From NCBI GenBank assembly GCA_045533655.1, contig JAZSIE010000002.1, forward strand, positions 35,069 to 99,068: 64,000 nt of DNA. The letters are read 5' to 3'. This DNA comes from Acutalibacteraceae bacterium (GTDB lineage: Bacteria > Bacillota > Clostridia > Oscillospirales > Acutalibacteraceae). Below the pieces are notes generated by a model that worked only from the letters and a program-made list of their open reading frames with translations, searched no databases and was not told where the DNA came from. The position numbers were made by a program, and so were the translations under genes. Positions 62,480 through 64,000 of this stretch are shown piece after piece (the stretch's first letter is position 1; each line of letters begins with the position of its first letter).

Positions 62480-63571
62480 ATGAAAAAAGTATTTGGTGTT
62501 ATTTTGAGCTTGTGTATTTTACTTTCTGCTTTTTCGGTTAATGTTTTTGCAGCCGACGAAGCAACAACAGAAGATCCCCACGAAGAAACAAGGGCTTATA
62601 CAGAAGCGTTTAACAAACAACTTTCAAAAGGTGACGTAACAGGTGACAAAAAGGTTACTACCGAAGATGCATCTGAATATCTTAAAGTAGCTGCGAAACT
62701 TGTAGCACCAAAAGAAAACGTTAATTATGATTACACAGGTGATGGTAAAGTTACAACTGCCGATGCAAGAAAAGCGTTGAGAGTTGCAAGTGGTCTTGAA
62801 GCAAGTATAAGTGATGAAGACGTTTTTGATTATTTCTTAAACGAAATTAATACAGTAAAGAGTACGATGCCAGGTTTTAAAAGAACCGCAACAGGTACTT
62901 GCAAATCAGCAAAAATTACCGTTACAGGTGCACCGCTCCTTGTTAACAGCCTTAACTGTAAAGATAAGGAATATGTTAAGTTTATCGAAGATAATGAATC
63001 TTTGTTAAGAGATGATAAAAATCCTGAAGAATACGATAAAATGCTTGCTGATGCAAAATCACTTTATGAGCCACAAAAGGAATCAAAGGTTGTTCCTACA
63101 GGAAATAGAGTTCAGCATATAAACAATTTCCCTGTTAGTGGTCTTGCTGTTAGTTGTAGGCTTACAATAGATGATATTGAAAGTGTTTCATTCAAAACAG
63201 AAGATAAATATTATATAATCACCATTACTCTTGGCGATTACAAATATGATAGTAAAAATCCATATCCTGCAGCACCTTCTCAACAATCAGAAAGAAAAGA
63301 TATTCCTTACGGTAAAGTATTTAATCTTCTTGAGTTAAGTGAAGCAGATGCTAAGAAACTTAAACAAGTAGACTTAAAGGATGGTAAGGTTACTTTGAAA
63401 GTTGATTCTACAACAGGTGAAATAATTAATTCTGATTATTTCTTCAAAATAACAACTGTTTTAGAAGATGTTTCTGTAGTTGACGCTGGTTTTAAGACTT
63501 ACAACATCGTTATGCAGACAAAAATGTCTTATGAATTCGACGAGAATTTTGATATGACAATAAAGAACTGA
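62480..63571 (+). CDS. secreted dockerin-containing protein, remainder of unknown function
   Basis: Signal peptide ...NVFAADE. Two Ca-loop/helix segments, GDVTGDKKVTTEDASEYLKVAA and DYTGDGKVTTADARKALRVASGLE. Confidence 0.8.
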   Translation: MKKVFGVILSLCILLSAFSVNVFAADEATTEDPHEETRAYTEAFNKQLSKGDVTGDKKVTTEDASEYLKVAAKLVAPKENVNYDYTGDGKVTTADARKALRVASGLEASISDEDVFDYFLNEINTVKSTMPGFKRTATGTCKSAKITVTGAPLLVNSLNCKDKEYVKFIEDNESLLRDDKNPEEYDKMLADAKSLYEPQKESKVVPTGNRVQHINNFPVSGLAVSCRLTIDDIESVSFKTEDKYYIITITLGDYKYDSKNPYPAAPSQQSERKDIPYGKVFNLLELSEADAKKLKQVDLKDGKVTLKVDSTTGEIINSDYFFKITTVLEDVSVVDAGFKTYNIVMQTKMSYEFDENFDMTIKN

Positions 63572-63581
63572 GGTAAAAATA

Positions 63582-64000
63582 ATGTCTAAAGTAAAAGTTA
63601 CAATGGAAAACGGTAAAGAGTTTATTATAGAGCTTTACCCAGAATACGCACCAATTACAGTTGAAAATTTTGAAACTCTTGTTAAAGACGGTTTTTATGA
63701 TGGTCTTACATTCCACAGAGTTATTGCTGATTTTATGGCTCAGGGTGGTGACCCTGAAGGCACAGGCTGTGGCGGTAGCGAAAAGAATATTAAAGGTGAA
63801 TTTAAAATGAATGGTGTTAACAACACACTTTCACATACCCGTGGAGTTATTTCAATGGCAAGAAGTATGAATCCGAACTCTGCAAGTAGTCAGTTCTTTA
63901 TCTGCTATGGTGACTGCACTTTCTTAGATGGTCAGTATGCGGCATTCGGTAAAGTTATTGAAGGTATGGAAACAGTTGATGATTTTCTTAACACAGAAAG
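63582..64000 (+). CDS. ppiB: peptidylprolyl isomerase, cyclophilin type (3'-truncated by the window end)
   Basis: Own translation: MSKVKVTMENGKEFIIELYPEYAPITVENFETLVKDGFYDGLTFHRVIADFMAQGGDPEGTG...SMARS..PNSASSQFFI. Not in the ORF track because no stop codon falls inside the window. Confidence 0.88.
   Translation, partial: MSKVKVTMENGKEFIIELYPEYAPITVENFETLVKDGFYDGLTFHRVIADFMAQGGDPEGTGCGGSEKNIKGEFKMNGVNNTLSHTRGVISMARSMNPNSASSQFFICYGDCTFLDGQYAAFGKVIEGMETVDDFLNTE

Overview
Low-GC chromosomal segment of Firmicutes/Clostridia type, with about 45 protein-coding genes. I found no rRNA, tRNA, CRISPR array, IS element, integrase or prophage genes. spo0A and spoVAC point to a spore-former. A dockerin-bearing protein and several glycoside hydrolases (GH51, GH18, two GH2) suggest a Ruminococcaceae/Oscillospiraceae-like fibre or starch degrader, but that is inference only. 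Housekeeping content: gdhA, nrdG-cobB-nrdD plus a thioredoxin-reductase-like gene, metG-tatD, cca, a complete argGHCJBDF cluster, a DUF1846 gene, ygiQ and ppiB (truncated at the window end). Regions worth a second look: (1) A 1392-aa secreted protein (45731..49909) combines BspA-type LRRs, 17 near-identical in-frame 48-bp repeats encoding a Cys/His mini-module, 8 longer Cys/His modules and 6 FN3-like repeats. The same Cys/His module occurs in two small tandem secreted paralogs (12763..14084). (2) The intergenic region 45318..45590 carries two opposed arrays of 8-bp-periodic CTAGT/ACTAG repeats, rich in stop codons, flanking a terminator hairpin. That hairpin belongs to a 3-copy family in this window. 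(3) A same-strand signalling cluster (4230..12659) holds spo0A with 0A boxes, a cytoplasmic multi-PAS hybrid histidine kinase, a REC-degenerate GGDEF-EAL-PAS-REC protein and a stand-alone Hpt protein. A second CheY plus REC-GGDEF*-EAL pair lies at 34474..36958. (4) A class III ribonucleotide reductase is fused to a C-terminal CPKC glutaredoxin-like domain and is followed by a TrxR homolog lacking the NADPH HRRxxxR motif. Tandem NrdR-type boxes overlap its promoter. All calls come from reading the ORF translations and the DNA by eye; no database search was run.
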